DNA of 64,000 nucleotides from Hormiphora californensis. Its lineage: Eukaryota; Animalia; Ctenophora. The position numbers and the translations under genes were made by a program. The notes below the pieces were generated by a model that saw nothing but the letters and a program-made list of their open reading frames with translations, was not told the DNA's origin and did not search any database. The stretch spans positions 558,001 through 622,000 of the forward strand of contig CM035360.1 in the NCBI GenBank assembly GCA_020137815.1, written 5' to 3'. The stretch's first letter is position 1, and every line of letters begins with the position of its first letter. This document shows, piece after piece, positions 1 to 11,727 of this stretch.

Positions 1-745
1 ACGGAGAATAGGCGTTGTACCATATTTTCATGAAACTCTGTTCCTAGGGCGAAAAAGACCCAAAAAATCGATGTGTGATATTTTTGGGACTCTATCTCAT
101 CATCTACTACCAGTTTGAACGCTTTTTTCACCAAAAAACACCTAAAAACGTGATTTTCTCCATTTTTCCAACATTTTAGAGATTTGACTTCAACGGCATT
201 CGATTTTACGTCAAAAAATAGGTGGGGGACAACCACATCTTGTAGAACAAGGTGGTATATGTGAAAATTTCTCATTTTCAAAGTGAAAAAAAAAGATAGC
301 TATCTTTTTCTCAATTTTCTGAAGCCGCAGCGGGTCTACATGATTTTTCCCGCACCACCACGACCTTCAGGGAGGTCTTCCCGACCAGTTACAACCGGAA
401 TTGGAGGTGTGCACTCAAACAAATGTTAAACTACCTTCGGGCACGCCGTGAGTGGTGGACTAAAGACTTTAGTCAGAGCATCATGAAACTACCAGGGAGA
501 ACTAGAGATCTATCGCGCGTCGAACTAAATTTTAGTAGGGTAGAAAGGGAACCCGGGACTATCGCAGGTAACTAAAGACTTAGTTTTGTCGTTGACTGCA
601 TCAGGTGTTACTCAAAGGGAGTCCTTTACTTTAAATTCTTTACTTTATTCTTTACTAAAGAATAGCTGCTGGCGAACTAAAGACTTTAGTCCGAGCATCA
701 TGAAACTACTAGAGAACTAGAGATCTGTAGAACATTCTATCAGCT

Positions 746-838
746 GCGAGCCAATCACAGGCCAGCATTTCTAATTCCTGGCCTCTGATTGGCTCGTTGA
801 GAACTATGAGTTGTAGGTGCGGTGCGGCCTATATAATA
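746..838 (+). promoter_or_regulatory. Core promoter: inverted pair of CCAAT boxes followed by a TATA box
   Basis: gagccaatcacaggcc...ggcctctgattggctc forms an inverted repeat (~746-797). ctatataataag at ~829-840 lies about 40 nt upstream of the ATG at 871. Confidence 0.55.
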
Positions 839-870
839 AGTGCCCACTGCACCTCAACTGTACCACAACC

Positions 871-3103
871 ATGATCTTTCTAGTTCTACTCATTGCTCTA
901 AGTGCAGGGGATGAGGCCTCATCCTGGCCGTGTCCCGCGGGGTCATATTGCCCCACTTCAGACACAGTGAGAGAGTGCAATCCTAGATACTATTGCCCCG
1001 CTAACTCCACCCGTCAAGTCTTCTGTCCTGCTGGTAGCTTCTGCCCCGATCCTTCTGAGAAATATATATGTCCAACAGGTAACCATGGTAACCATGGTAA
1101 CCATGGTAACAATGTCTTCTTTTCAATCGGGGATCCGTAATTCTCCGTATAACAGTGCCGCGCTTGTTATTATAGTGGCGATGCCGTATTTGAAATACGG
1201 TAAGAAGACGCATACTTTACGTATCAGTGCTGCTTGCAGTCAAAATACGGTAACGCAAAATACAGTAAGGAGACGCGCACGGTGCATAACGCGCGGCAAA
1301 AAGTTCATGTGTCAGCACGTACTAGCGCCCTGATTGGTCACGGTTGCGCGTCGTCTTACTGTATCTTCGTTTTCCATTACCGTTTTCCCACTACAAGCGA
1401 CCGTGTAACGCGCAAGTGCTCATGTCAAAAAGTGCATTTTTTCAGCACTTCATAGCGCGTTGATTGGCCACGCTTGCGCGTCTTCTTACCGTAATTAAGA
1501 CCAAACATTTTTTCATTACCGTTTTCCCACTATCTACAAGCACAGTAGTAAGGTACGTGTTTTGCAGGCCACCTATAATAGCTCGAACTAGCTCCTCATA
1601 AAATCCCCCTCGCTTCGCTCGCGGAACTTCCATGTATATCTGCAGCCTGTGCGCGGCGCGTGAGCTAATGAAAGGATTTCTAATTAATATTCCCACTGCA
1701 GGTACATACTGTTATTCAGGCTCTACTGCACCAAGGAACTGCACCAATTCAAATGGTCGTGGATATTATTGCCCAGAAGGGTCAACAAGGCAGGACCGCT
1801 GTACTTCAGGATTTTATTGTCCTACTTCCTCTGAACAAATCGTGTGTCCCGCAGGTAATATATAAGGGATGATAATTTTGTGTCTTGCAGTGCACCCATA
1901 GCTTCTCATAAAATCCCCCTCGCTTCGCTCGCGGAACTTCCATGTATATCTGCAGCCTGTGCGCGGCGCGTGAGCTAATGAAAGGATTTCTAATTAGTAA
2001 CTAATATTCCCACTGCAGGTACATACTGTTATTCAGGCTTTACTGCACCAAGTAACTGCACCAATTCAAATGGTCGTGGATATTATTGCCCAGAAGGGTC
2101 AACAAGGCAGGGCTACTGTTCTTCAGGATTTTATTGTCCTACTTCTACTGAACAAATCGTGTGTCCCGCAGGTGAGGGATGAAACTTTTGTGTTTTTCAG
2201 GTCACCTATTATCTAGGTAGCTATTATAGAACAGCTCCTCATCCTCCTCGCTTCGCTCGGGATCAGCTAGAGCTGAAATACAAGATAAATAGAGGTTGAA
2301 AATTACATAGTATATTCTTTATCATTAGATAATTAGGAGCTATGAGCCAAAACGTGAAAAGTCGATCTTGAAAACCTTTTTCTTGCGTGTTTTTTGAAAA
2401 ACGAAATTGGTGTGGCACGCATTTTTTTGCGCGTACCACGCTAGTGTCTCCCACTATCCATGTCACCAAAGCTAATGAAAGGAAGCTGGATTTCTAACTA
2501 ATATTCCCGCTGCAGGTACATATTGTTATACTGCCCGTACAGAACCAAGAAACTGCACCGCTGGCCACTACTGCCCAGAGGGGTCAACAAGGCAAAACCG
2601 CTGTACTTCAGGATTTTACTGTCCTACCCCCTCTGAACAAATCGTGTGTCCTGCAGGTAATATATAAGGGATGATACTTATAATTGTGTCTTGCAGTGCA
2701 GGGCACCCATAGCTCCTCATAATATCCCCCTCGCTTCGCTCGGGAACTCACTATTTCTCACTACTAGAATTATATTTCCCTTTACATATGATATCAACCT
2801 GTATTTTCAGGTTTCTACTGCCAACACAGCTCCACAGAGCCCCGGGAATGTCCCTCCTCCAGCTCAGGGCTGTACTACTGCCCAGAAGGCTCCGAAAGGT
2901 ACACCTATTGCCCAAATGGGATGGTGTGTAACACAACATCCGAGGCTGTACCCTGCCCAGCCGGGTACTTTTGTACAAATGGCAGAGCGACCCTGTGCTA
3001 TGTGGGGTATTATTGCAAGGAAGGGTCAGCGAGACCTACCCGCTGTCCCCGTGGAACGACTACCACTGAGAAGGGGTCCGTGGAGTGTGTTAAGCAGGAC
3101 TAA
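871..3103 (+). CDS. Secreted cysteine-rich CPAG(x)YC repeat protein (GCC2/GCC3, ephrin-receptor-like Cys-rich type), 315 aa, 5 exons
   Basis: Exons 871-1078, 1702-1854, 2019-2171, 2516-2656 and 2811-3103. All introns are GT-AG phase 1, and the exons total 948 nt in frame to TAA. Signal peptide MIFLVLLIALSAG, then repeated CPAGSYCP/CPEGS/CTSGFYCP motifs. No TM segment. Confidence 0.85.
1190..1540. repeat. Intronic inverted/tandem subrepeat element (MITE-like)
   Basis: tacggtaagaagacgc and tacagtaaggagacgcgc (1196-1280) are inverted relative to two tandem units tgattggt/ccacg...gcgcgtc..cttac.gta...cattaccgttttcccacta (1325-1540). Confidence 0.45.
1590..2745 (+). repeat. Tandem duplication of an intron+exon unit (3 copies)
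   Basis: Near-identical intron segments ctcataaaatccccctcgcttcgctcgcggaacttcc...gctaatgaaaggatttctaa..taatattcccactgcag precede exons 2 and 3, and partly exon 4. Confidence 0.8.
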
Positions 3104-4135
3104 ACTGGAAGATTTGGAGGATTTGGAATGAAGATTTGGAATGAATTGAAGAATAGCTTAGATTGCAAAAAAAATGTGATTTTGTAGTGAGATTTACAGT
3201 TTTTCAGATTTAATTGATTCAAAATAAAAAGAATGTTTTGAACTTCTCGGCTCCCTGCTCTGAGTGCTCCTTCATAAAAGTCATCATCAACAGCTGATTC
3301 TTCTTCAGATGAACATTTAAAAGAAAGCCAATGGCCATTTGCCATGCAATAGCTAGTATTTTCATGGCTCAGTTCATTGTGTTTATTGGACAAATAGAAT
3401 CATCATGGTAACCTGTAGAAATCATGACGTATTCTGCTGCTGCACGGTTACAAAATACCCAGCACATATAAAATGTAGATGAATATAATACCCCATATGT
3501 CTGTGTACCAGGGTATTGACCTGCACACCGCTTACACAGATGTCATTTCCTGGTACGAATAAGCTGCCAAAAACCTCAGTTTCATCACCTACAAGCACTG
3601 AGAATCTTGAACCCTTTTATTAATTAAGTAGCCATGGTAGTGCAGCAGTGGTAGTAGTCAAGTGGATCTTTGTTGGCACCAAACTGAAGATGACCTGATA
3701 TGATGTTATACCGTGAAGATCTCTCTCTCTCTGCTGTTCTCGTCAATGTCGTCGGCGAGATGCGAGCGGTAGCGAGCTTCGAGGAGCGATAGCCGAGCTA
3801 TAGCAGGGAGCAGAGCAAGAAGAGCAGAGCTAGGACATGAGAGGCGCGGAATCCTGGCCGACGCGGACGGTCACTTAGAGACGTAGCTACTAGCGAGTCT
3901 CTCTCTCTCCTCTCCTCATTCGCTCTCTCTTCTCTCTCGTCTCATCTCTACTACTTCTCTTGTCACTTCCTCCCCCTCCCTCTCTCTGTCCCTCTCTCCC
4001 ATGCTGTACTGACACAATAGTGGGGGCGGCGGTGGACTGCCTCTATTTTGGGTAACATAGCTCAGTCATAATCTGTTATTCCCCATCCAGTGAGCTGTCT
4101 GTCTCTGTTGCTGTCTCTGAGTTGAAATTGAAGAC

Positions 4136-7100
4136 ATGGCGGATCAACCGGCTGTAGTTGAGGCGGAGCCTTACTACCCACCCCACGAGACATATGAAAA
4201 GAAGACCAAGAGGGTAAGGAGAGAGATATAGAGGGAGAGAGACTGAGAGATATTAGATGAGGAAATGCACTATGCAGCAATTCAATTGAGATACTATAGC
4301 GAGATCAAGAAGAATTTTGGAACATCGCCAGACGCCATATCTCTGTAGTCTGTTCCACTAATATCAATTAGTACTTAATAATTAATTAGTAGCTAATTAA
4401 TAATTAACACCCTCTCTCCAGTCTACGAAAAAGAAGCCCAAGGCATCTCGTCATATCGAGTTAATGGAATGGCTCCCCACTCTCCCCCAACTGTTTGCCT
4501 ATATTGGGGTGACTCAGCTGTTCCTAATGTTCTGGGTGTTTGTGGGGGAGTGTGCTGATGATGTAGCTGGAACCTGGAACATCGTCATGATGTGGTTAGT
4601 AATTGAAATTGAAATGATGTGGTTAGTACAATACTAATCAACTAACTAATCATAAATTATCCGCCTCTAGATGATGTGGTTAGTACAATTAACTAGTTAG
4701 TATCATAATATAGAATTAATTACCTGTCTCTAGTTGATGTGGTTATTGTATTTGAAACTAAAAGAGCGTCAATCCAATCACCTAACACGGTGTCCTGGAA
4801 GGAGGTTTTACCTCGCCTAGAGTAACCCGAGAAGTTACGGACCCTACCCCACGTATTTTTTGACGTAGAATCCGAAAAACATAAAATTAAAATCCGGTCA
4901 TGTGCCGTTTTTGCGTAAAACGGCAAAAACTGTTATTTTTCAGCGATTTTCGACTTTTTACGCTTTCTAGAGATTTAAAAAATATTTCCTTACAAGATAT
5001 GATCTTGTGCTTCTAGACTAATAAAATACAATCGATTTGGTACAAATTGGTTCCAGGTTTGTGTGATATGGTCAAAAGGTCTTTTTACTGTGGCCCATCA
5101 AAGATGGCCACTCTGCAAATACGTATTTGGCTCCTTTGGCCGCAGATGTAAACCAAAATAAGATTTATTATACACTAAAATTTGCGTCTTCTCAAGGCGA
5201 ACAACCTGGTTTTTACGACATTCCATTTCATGCAGGCGTTGAGGAGTTACAGCTGAAAAACTGCTACAGTGGATTTTGGAAATACCCCTACTTCATCAAA
5301 CTCTTACCCGGGAAAGATTTCGAAAAATATAAATTTTTATACATGAAAATGAAGCTCAAACAAATGCCAACAAGATGCAAAAAACGGGAAGTGTCTAACT
5401 TATTTCGTTCAGAAGTTATAGTCAAAATAAAAGTGCTTATTATTTGCCTTTAAAATACACTCTAAAACCATACTTTTAGACAATTTCTGACAACTTCAAA
5501 CAAATTTTGTCCACAGGGGGCTAAGTTGGTGCACTGGAGGTGAAATTTTATTCGTATTGCATTTTTAGACAGATTTGCTGTTTTTCAGGGCTTTAAAAGG
5601 GTGTTTTTAAAGGCAAATATAAGCACTTTTATTTTGACTATAACTTCTGAACGAAATAAGCTAGACACTTCCCGTTTTTTGCATCTTGTTGGCATTTGTC
5701 TGAGCTTCATTTTCATGTATAAAAATTTATATTTTTCGAAATCTTCTCCGGGTTAGAGTTTGATGAAGTAGGGGTATTTCCAAAATCCACTGTAGCAGTT
5801 TTTCAGCTGTAACTCCTCAACGCCTGCATGAAATGGAATGTCGTAAAAACCAGGTTGTTCGCCTTGAGAAGACGCAAATTTTGGTGTATAATAAATCTTA
5901 TTTTGGTCCACAACTGAGGCCACAGGAGCCAAAAACGTATTTGCAGATAAGACATCTTTAAGGGGCCACTGCAACGAGAGTTTTTGACCAAATCACACAA
6001 ACCCAAAACCAATCTGTAGCAAATTGATTATATTTTATTGGTGAAAATTCTCGAGACCGTATCTTTTAAGGGTGATTTACTAGAACCTCTGAAATACGAA
6101 AAAAGTTGAAAATTGCTAAAAATAACAGTTTTTGCCGTTTTACGCAAAAACGGCACATGACCGGATTTTAATTTTATGTTTTTCGGATTCTACGTCAAAA
6201 AATACGTGGGGTAGGGTCCGTAACTTCTCGGGTTACTCTAGGCGAGGTAAAACCTCCTTCCAGGACACCGTGCTAAATGTCACATCAGACCCGCAAGCTA
6301 TATTTTATAAAATCCCCCCTCTTCAGGCTGATGGTAGCTGCTTCTACCACCCTATTCGGGCTCTACCAGTACCTTTTCAAATTTAACATTCTAAAATCCA
6401 TCTCCCGCACCGTTGCCGCCTTGATCATCTTCATCTTTATGATGTACCTTCCCTCCATGCTTCACGCTGGCTCCGTTGCTGCCAAGGGTATCTTTGCTCT
6501 TGTCAAATTCCTCATGATCGGGGGGATCACTCTGTTCTATGTGGCCGTGTATTTTGATGATATCGCACCACCCGCAAAGAACGTGCCCAGGAGAGTCAGG
6601 AGGCTGCTGTATAAGTAGGGGCACCCTCCGTGCAGTGTGGCTGGCTCACCATTAGGTAAATGATCCCATTTTGGGGGGAAACAGTCGGATCTGAGTTTCA
6701 AGTTCAGCTGTTACGACTATCTACCATTGAGACCTCTTAACTCATTAGGGCTCAGTGATCACGAGACTGTTTCCCCCTATTTCTTGCTGATATAATTTGC
6801 TGCTATAGCTGAACGGGGCATCCTCCTTCACCTCTCCAGCTCCAAAATAAAGTGTATTTAACCAAAAAACTGCCCAATTTCGCTGAGCCAGCCCAACACA
6901 AAGAGGGTGCCCCGTGCAGCAGACAGATAGCAGATACACAGAGATTATGAACACATTTATTATGTTTGAATTCCGTCTGACGGTGCCGACCCTGTATTGA
7001 ATACATAAGATCGGGTCGGTGCCGGCACAAAGCATCCCATCTCCCCTAACTTATTCCCTCCTAACTTTCCATCTAACCCCCCTCTCTTCCCTCCTAACTC

Positions 7101-7457
7101 CCCTTCTCTCCTTGCAGGCTCACAGTGATAATTCTCACGGTCCTATTCCTGGTCTACATGGTCCTCATCGCAAAACATGGCGCCCTCCTCAAGTCTGTAA
7201 CAGCCACCCTCTTCTCATTCCTGATGATGCTCTTCTTCCTCAGTCAGCCCATAGATCTGACACAGGCAGAGAATGAGGCCGACCAGGATAACAGGATCAC
7301 CAAGGCATTCTTCAGACTCCCCTTCATCCTGGTTCTGATCATCATCTACTGTATCGCCTACCTGGAGGACCTGATGGGAAGGAATGTGGTCGTAGTGGAG
7401 GAACAGGTGGAGGTAACTGAGAACAAGGTGGCTGTGGAGGCGGAACAAAACGCGTGA
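4136..7457 (+). CDS. Orphan multi-pass membrane protein, ~292 aa, about 7 hydrophobic segments, 4 exons
   Basis: Exons 4136-4213 (MADQPAVV...KTKR|gtaagg), 4422-4594, 6327-6614 and 7118-7457. Intron phases 0,2,2 join in frame (879 nt). Long hydrophobic stretches in exons 2-4, and an AATAAA at ~7707. Confidence 0.75.
4786..6272. mobile_element. Non-autonomous foldback DNA transposon, Chapaev/CMC-like
   Basis: Termini CACGGTGTCC...GGACACCGTG, flanked by a 4-bp direct repeat CTAA (4782-4785 and 6273-6276). The arms are inverted copies over ~680 bp, which explains the duplicated ORFs at 4720/6132 and 5127/5753. No transposase. Lies in intron 2 of the membrane-protein gene. Confidence 0.85.
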
Positions 7458-8125
7458 GGGATGCGTGGTTTGTAACGCGTGATTTAAGATAACGCGCGCA
7501 TGCACGTGCAATGTGCATGCCTGTTATATCTACTCACGCGTGAGAATTGTCACGCGAGGGGAAGCCGTTTAGAAGGACTATGAAAGTATCAGTTAGGATT
7601 TGTATCAGATATATTCACCAGAACTAAATTATTGTGAGCCTATATTTTATGAAATCACGCCCTTTAAAATCCTAACATCTGTACGTTTTCGTGGCAAATA
7701 TTGTTTAATAAAAACCGTCTTTTAGTTTGAGTGAATAACAAACATCCATCCATTCCACTCCATTCATCACCCGGGCCGCGCTATATCAAAGCTGCTGACT
7801 AAGAGATCGTTTGATCACCTGAGATTCAGGAACGATTATTTTCCCTCCCCCTCCCGTAATGTCACGTACTTATGCATCTTCCTATTTGATCTTTGACGTG
7901 GACAAAGTCAAAGACTGTGTTGATATTGTTTAATTTAAACGGATGAGATAATGCCTGCATGAAGAGAGAGGGGGGCGTCATATGATAGACGCGAAGTATC
8001 TCTGACCGTCCGAAAATATTAAATAGAGCCTGGAGAGAGAAAGAGAGACTGAGAGACGGCCCAAGAGAGAAGACTCGGATCATAGTGTCGTCCGTCAAAG
8101 TGCACAGTCGTGTCAACATGCAAGT

Positions 8126-8126
<1 letters not shown>

Positions 8127-8203
<77 letters not shown>

Positions 8204-8220
8204 CCACTCTCTCTCTCTCT
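8127..8220. repeat. (CT)n microsatellite
   Basis: Directly visible. Confidence 0.95.
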
Positions 8221-8443
8221 AGTACACGCTACTGTGCAGATGTCATATTGAGAGCACTAGGATTAGAAGAGGAGGATTTGTTTTGACTATCTTTGTTCGC
8301 AGGTGCTTTTTAATCTTTGAATTACGCTTCGTAGCCGGCCCAGAGACTGCTCTGGGGCCAGAGGAGCTGGTAAATCTGATTTTGAGAAGCCAATCCCCCT
8401 TGTCACACGTTTGGTAGCATGTTGCTATACGGGGACAGTTTCT

Positions 8444-8457
8444 GTTGCCATGGTAAC
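8444..8457 (+). promoter_or_regulatory. RFX X-box-like palindrome upstream of a small gene
   Basis: GTTGCCATGGTAAC matches the X-box consensus and lies ~110 nt upstream of the ATG at 8567. The motif is very common in this window, so specificity is low. Confidence 0.4.
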
Positions 8458-8566
8458 CATGACCCCTTACACTCTATGCTTTCATGCCTCTCTCCCCACA
8501 TATCATATTTCTTTGCCTTTTCTCTGGCCTGAGCTGATCTTGTAAGTTTTGCTACTTGTTTCAATC

Positions 8567-9278
8567 ATGAGTGGAACCCGCCGTAGGCCCCGTTCAGCCA
8601 TGGACAAAACGTACACGAGGGAGGAAATTAAGGAGATATCGGGTAGGAATTGTTGTGAAATATGTACTCCTTCATAAAACATTTCATTAGAAATTGTAGC
8701 TGTGAAACTAATCTTGCGCGATGAGATGATGTGATAGCTTGATACGCTTGATTCCCCCCCCCCCTTAACATTATATGTAGTTTATTGGAGTGCATGATAT
8801 ACATATAATGGGCCCCACAACATTGCATGTAATGCATGAATAGTAATTCACTTAGCAAAGACACATGTTCTAACTAAACACACGTCATTCCAAAACTGCT
8901 ACTTTCGCTGCTCCTTCATCAAACATTTTATACTCCTTCATAAAATAAATTACCTCCCCTCCAGAGAGATTATACAGCAAGCACACTACGGCCAGTAGAC
9001 TGCACCTGCGGCCTTCCTCAGCCAATATGAGACCACCACCACGACAACCAAGTCGACCCCATACCGCAACATCTACCCTGACAACCCAATCAGACATTGA
9101 AAATATCGTAAAAAGGCTCAGTCAGGTAAAGAAGGAGGTGCCTGACTCAAAACGAGTGGGATCAGCTCAGAAATACGGAGTCGTGAATTCATATGCGTGG
9201 AGGGGATGGAACACAGATGTTCCTCACATTTTCTGGAGGTACAATTATCCCAGGAACTGGTTTAGATCAGCCTTGTGA
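8567..9278 (+). CDS. Small basic protein, 129 aa, 2 exons; possibly cilia/microtubule-associated
   Basis: Exons 8567-8642 and 8965-9278 with a phase-1 GT-AG intron. Translation MSGTRRRPRSAMDKTYTREEIKEISERLYSKHTTASRLHLRPSSANM...RPHTA...IENIVKRLS...GVVNSYAWRGWN... Confidence 0.7.
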
Positions 9279-9469
9279 AATGAAATGATCTGCCAACTAG
9301 TACTTTTCATGTTTTCAGAGAACTATTCAGAGAATTGTTGGACAACTTATAATGAATTTCAAGAGTTAGGCAAAATATGAAGCATATAATTTTGTTAATT
9401 CTTTGAATTTGAAAATATTTTACACAAAAATCTCCCCGTATAAAATCATGAATTGTCAAATCTTGTGTG

Positions 9470-9979
9470 TCAAATCTTCGTTACTTTATCAGCAACTATC
9501 CGGGGGTTTTTCTCCGCTAACTCCGCTCTCTGTAGAGTCTTATAGTCAAACTGACAATTGTGATCTTTATCTCCCCGGTGTAACGGACAAAACAAACCCC
9601 CACATCTACAATCAAACCCTAGGAGACCCACTTTCTTCCTACAAATCCCGCACCTGTTCACCTTCCTCTTCTTAGAAGGGCCCTCTGTTGTTGTCTCTTT
9701 AATGCACTCTGAGGAGGGCCGCTTTTTAGCCTCATTCAACAGTCGGGAGGATCTCCTTTTCCCAAGACTGGTTCTGGAGCTAGTAGTTGCAATAGTCGGG
9801 TGGCTGGTCGGGCGGCTGGTTGGGCGGCTGGTTGGGCGGCTGGTCCGGTGGCTGGTTTGATCAGCAACATCAGCTGCAGCTGGTTTAGATCCTTGTTGTT
9901 GGCACTGCGAGCAGTAGCCATCAAACTGTGGGGAACCGTAAAAGGTGCAGGAGCTGTTTCGGCACGGCTCCGAGGACAT
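9470..9979 (-). CDS. ZFAND5/6: A20/AN1-type zinc finger protein (ZFAND5/6-like), 169 aa, intronless CDS
   Basis: N-terminal A20 finger PCRNSSCTFYGSPQFDGYCSQC. C-terminal AN1 finger RCGICRKKVGLLGFDCRCGGLFCPLHRGDKDHNCQFDYK, followed by the typical NPRIVADKVTKI end. The likely start is the ATG at 9979. Confidence 0.93.
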   Translation of the reverse strand: MSSEPCRNSSCTFYGSPQFDGYCSQCQQQGSKPAAADVADQTSHRTSRPTSRPTSRPTSHPTIATTSSRTSLGKRRSSRLLNEAKKRPSSECIKETTTEGPSKKRKVNRCGICRKKVGLLGFDCRCGGLFCPLHRGDKDHNCQFDYKTLQRAELAEKNPRIVADKVTKI

Positions 9980-10513
9980 CTTGGAGAGGGGGTTGCTGGG
10001 GGATTGCAGGAGTAGTTGCACGTGCAAAAACAACATGAAATGAAGGACAAATGTAAATGAGAAGTACCGAGGGACGGAAGTGAGATATGGAGGAATTAGA
10101 GTAACGCATGTGCTGAAGAAGTAACACACTAGGTTATTTTCACTGCCAATATTGTTATGATATGATGTTACATACAGCACGTCACTATAATAACTGTCAC
10201 ACATTCTACAGTGTCACATTCTATAGTGTCACTTTACTTAGTACTTCTGGAGTTTTGTACCACTCAATGGTTGCTGAGGGCTAGTGGGATTTGTTGAGTA
10301 AGGGGGAAGTTAACAAAGTGGGATGGTTTATCTGGAAGTGGGTCAGTTTACTGCGCAGTACAAAACTCTTGAAACTCTTGACAGCTAATATGATATGATT
10401 TATTTGTTGTAGGTAGTTGTAGAAACAATTTCTGAGGTTCAATTAAACTTAAAGTTAGAAAAAGACAGCACAGCTTTACACAATTACAGCCATGTGCAGC
10501 AGTGCAGCTCATT

Positions 10514-11727
10514 CTACCAGTTAATCTTGTGTAAACTAATAACTTCATTTGGTTGACTGGTGCAGCATGGATTTGAAATAATAACTCCAAACTTGTTCTC
10601 GATATAGTCATCTCGACGAAATGTACTATTTCTAAATGTACTATTCCTAAATGTACTATTCCTAAATGTACTACTATTCCTAAATGTACTATTTCCAAAG
10701 AACACTGACACATTAGTATTTCTCGACAGACTGTGATCATGTTGTAAAACAGAGCCCTGTCTCATTGCAATATAAATAATAGGATTTAATAAAGAAGTCA
10801 CCGGTGCCTGGACGACATAGCTAAAAAACAGCAGTACAATCAGACTAAAAGATCTACTTTGCATCTCAGTCTCAATTGAGTTTCCAATTAGCCGCTCCTT
10901 ATTTCTAATTATCAGTTGGTCCCCTACAAACACACATACCATACTGAACAAACTAAGACCGTTTATAAAGAGAACCCTGAGTGTACTACCAAGGGAGCGT
11001 GATGCAGTGCTGTTACTGACAGGGTTTAGGAATCTGTGAAAAAGATGAACCACGGTCAGAAAGCCAAACACAACACCGGCTCCCTGGAAAGCCCACCGTG
11101 GAACTATTGATATCTTTTGTATAGTAGAAGCAGAAACGTAAAATCCTGAAATATTGAGCCCTCCCTGTGGAAAACAAAATTGGCAATAGTTCAAAAACAC
11201 CAAGTCTTTGGAGATGTAACCCGCGTACAGGGAATAAAAGGCCTGACCAAGAAAGGTAAAACCTAGACATGCTATAAGAGAACCGAAAAAGGGTTTCCGA
11301 GGTATCTTTCTCAGAGGGAACTTTATCTTGACTAGTCGGGCTACAGTTAGGTAGGTGGTAATGATGAACGGGCTGTAAAACAGGAACAAATATGCTATGG
11401 TGTAAAATATACACCCTGTCGTCCCTTCTCTGTCCATATAATAATAATACTCATTTTCACAGATTTCAGACTGGTGAGAGTCATTAAAACAGGCCGGTTC
11501 TTTTTCTTTCCAAAAACCAACTGCCATTTGAATACCAATGATAGGACATGTGAAGAGATCCACCGTGCCGAGTAGGATGAATAGAGTCCGAGCAATGGAA
11601 GACCTTTTCCAGTAGTTGTGCCGTAGTACTAGAGGTTTAGAGGAATTGCAGTCAACGCTAGCAGAATGAAGAAGATCATGAGTGGAAAATCTGGAACTGA
11701 TGTCCCTCCTTCACTAAAAATTGCCAT
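10514..11727 (-). CDS. Rhodopsin-like (class A) GPCR, intronless, with a 1-nt frameshift near 11630
   Basis: TM1 ...LLALTAIPLNL (ORF 11629-11817) continues in another frame as VLRHNYWKRSSIARTLFILLGTVDLFTC. TM3 ends ARLVKIKFPL, TM7 has NPIIY, and the tail contains FRNST repeats. Confidence 0.8.

Noticed and set aside
3715-4000. Scrambled GA/CT-rich tract that looks like a novel repeat
   Set aside because: It looks like a poorly resolved microsatellite (consensus noise).
4720-6386. Pairs of identical ORFs on opposite strands (MPFYAKTAH..., ...KFASSQGEQPG...)
   Set aside because: They arise from the palindromic transposon arms and show no transposase motifs.
9980-10204. 75-aa N-terminal extension of the A20/AN1 ORF
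   Set aside because: The family normally starts just before the A20 finger, so this is probably UTR or intron.
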